From Octopus bimaculoides (lineage: Eukaryota), in NCBI RefSeq assembly GCF_001194135.2, contig NC_068990.1, forward strand, positions 85,224,186 to 85,261,485: a DNA stretch of 37,300 bases, read 5' to 3'. Shown here piece by piece: positions 36,586-37,300 of this stretch. Every line of letters starts with the position of its first letter. The first letter of the stretch is position 1. The notes under the pieces were generated by a model. It was not told the origin of the DNA. It saw only the letters and a list, made by a program, of their open reading frames with translations, and searched no databases. The translations under genes were made by a program, and so were the position numbers.

Positions 36586-37300
36586 TATGAGGGTAGAAAT
36601 TGATATTAATCAATTAGAACCAGTGGTCTAGCATATTAAAAGAATCCGAAGATTAAAATTATATTACATACAAAAATAAGAGGAATGACCAGCAAAAGTG
36701 GACTCCTATATGCTAGAAATAGATGCCGAATCATCTAACCACGAAAGAAATTATATGTTCTCAGTAAAAATTCAGCAACACAAAAGACTGTAAAAGGGCA
36801 AGACAAATGAAAAAATCCGAAGTTTGTAATATAATTTTAATCTATCTTCGGATTTTTTTAATATGCTGGACCACTGGTTCTAATTGATTAATATCAATTT
36901 CTACCCTCATAAATAAATTTTATACAATAATGTTCTCAAACCGGCAAATTAACTGCAAAAATGTATAAACTGCAGAATTATTTCCGGATTTAGCGCGCCA
37001 GATTGAAGACATTTGAAAGGATACACTGAATGTAATTTGTAGAACTCTACACGTGCTCCCTTTCGCTTGGACGTCCTGTGTCTAGTTCTGGAAATTACAT
37101 CGCAAATCGACAGACTACGCTGACGATCCTGCAGATATTTACTTATGTAAATTTTAACAGGTGAAACCATGGTACGTAGGTTAATCGTTTTTTTTATTTA
37201 GTATTTTTTCATTTGTCTTGCCCTTTTACAGTCTGTTGTGTCGCTGAATTTCTACTGAGAACATATAATTTCTTTCGTGGTTAGATGATTCGGCATCTAT
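36578..37300. mobile_element. Young Penelope-like element with interleaved inverted repeats (runs off the window)
   Basis: 36578-36668 is inverted at 36825-36919; 36719-36816 is inverted at 37203-37300 (3 mismatches in 98 bp). Carries a hammerhead motif. Confidence 0.7.
37115..37179 (+). ncRNA. Type I hammerhead ribozyme with palindromic stem III
   Basis: Stem I CTACG (37115-19)/CGTAG (37175-79), core CTGACGA (37120-26), stem II TCCTG/CAGGT with inner hairpin ATTTAC-TTAT-GTAAAT, GAAA (37163-66), palindrome ACCATGGT (37166-73), cleavage triplet GTA. Confidence 0.75.

Overview
AT-rich, microsatellite- and SINE-dense animal genomic DNA from a draft assembly, with 8 N-gaps totalling about 1.9 kb. 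The SINE families and repeat style are consistent with an octopod cephalopod (inference). Only one host coding exon is well supported: 3797-3994 on the minus strand, 198 nt, phase 1-1. It encodes the start of a TSPN/LamG N-propeptide domain resembling clade B fibrillar collagens (COL5A1/COL11A1-like), so much of the window is probably intron or upstream DNA of that gene. The rest is mobile DNA: a decayed R4/Dong-type LINE, two decayed Tc1/mariner transposases, mariner, piggyBac and hAT MITEs, four SINE families and two Penelope-like inverted-repeat elements. Nearly all other ORFs in the track are microsatellite or gap artefacts. The most interesting signals are: (i) two minimal type I hammerhead ribozymes with palindromic stem III, in two unrelated Penelope-like elements (27552-27597, 37115-37179); (ii) a 309-bp foldback/Mutator-like element with a 9-bp TSD, 15-bp tandem-unit arms and a captured Tc1 transposase fragment (19740-20048); (iii) a telomere-type hexamer array inside a SINE; (iv) a 22-bp-arm hairpin around a (CAG)9 tract. 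No database search or folding could be run; family assignments rest on motifs translated or paired by eye.
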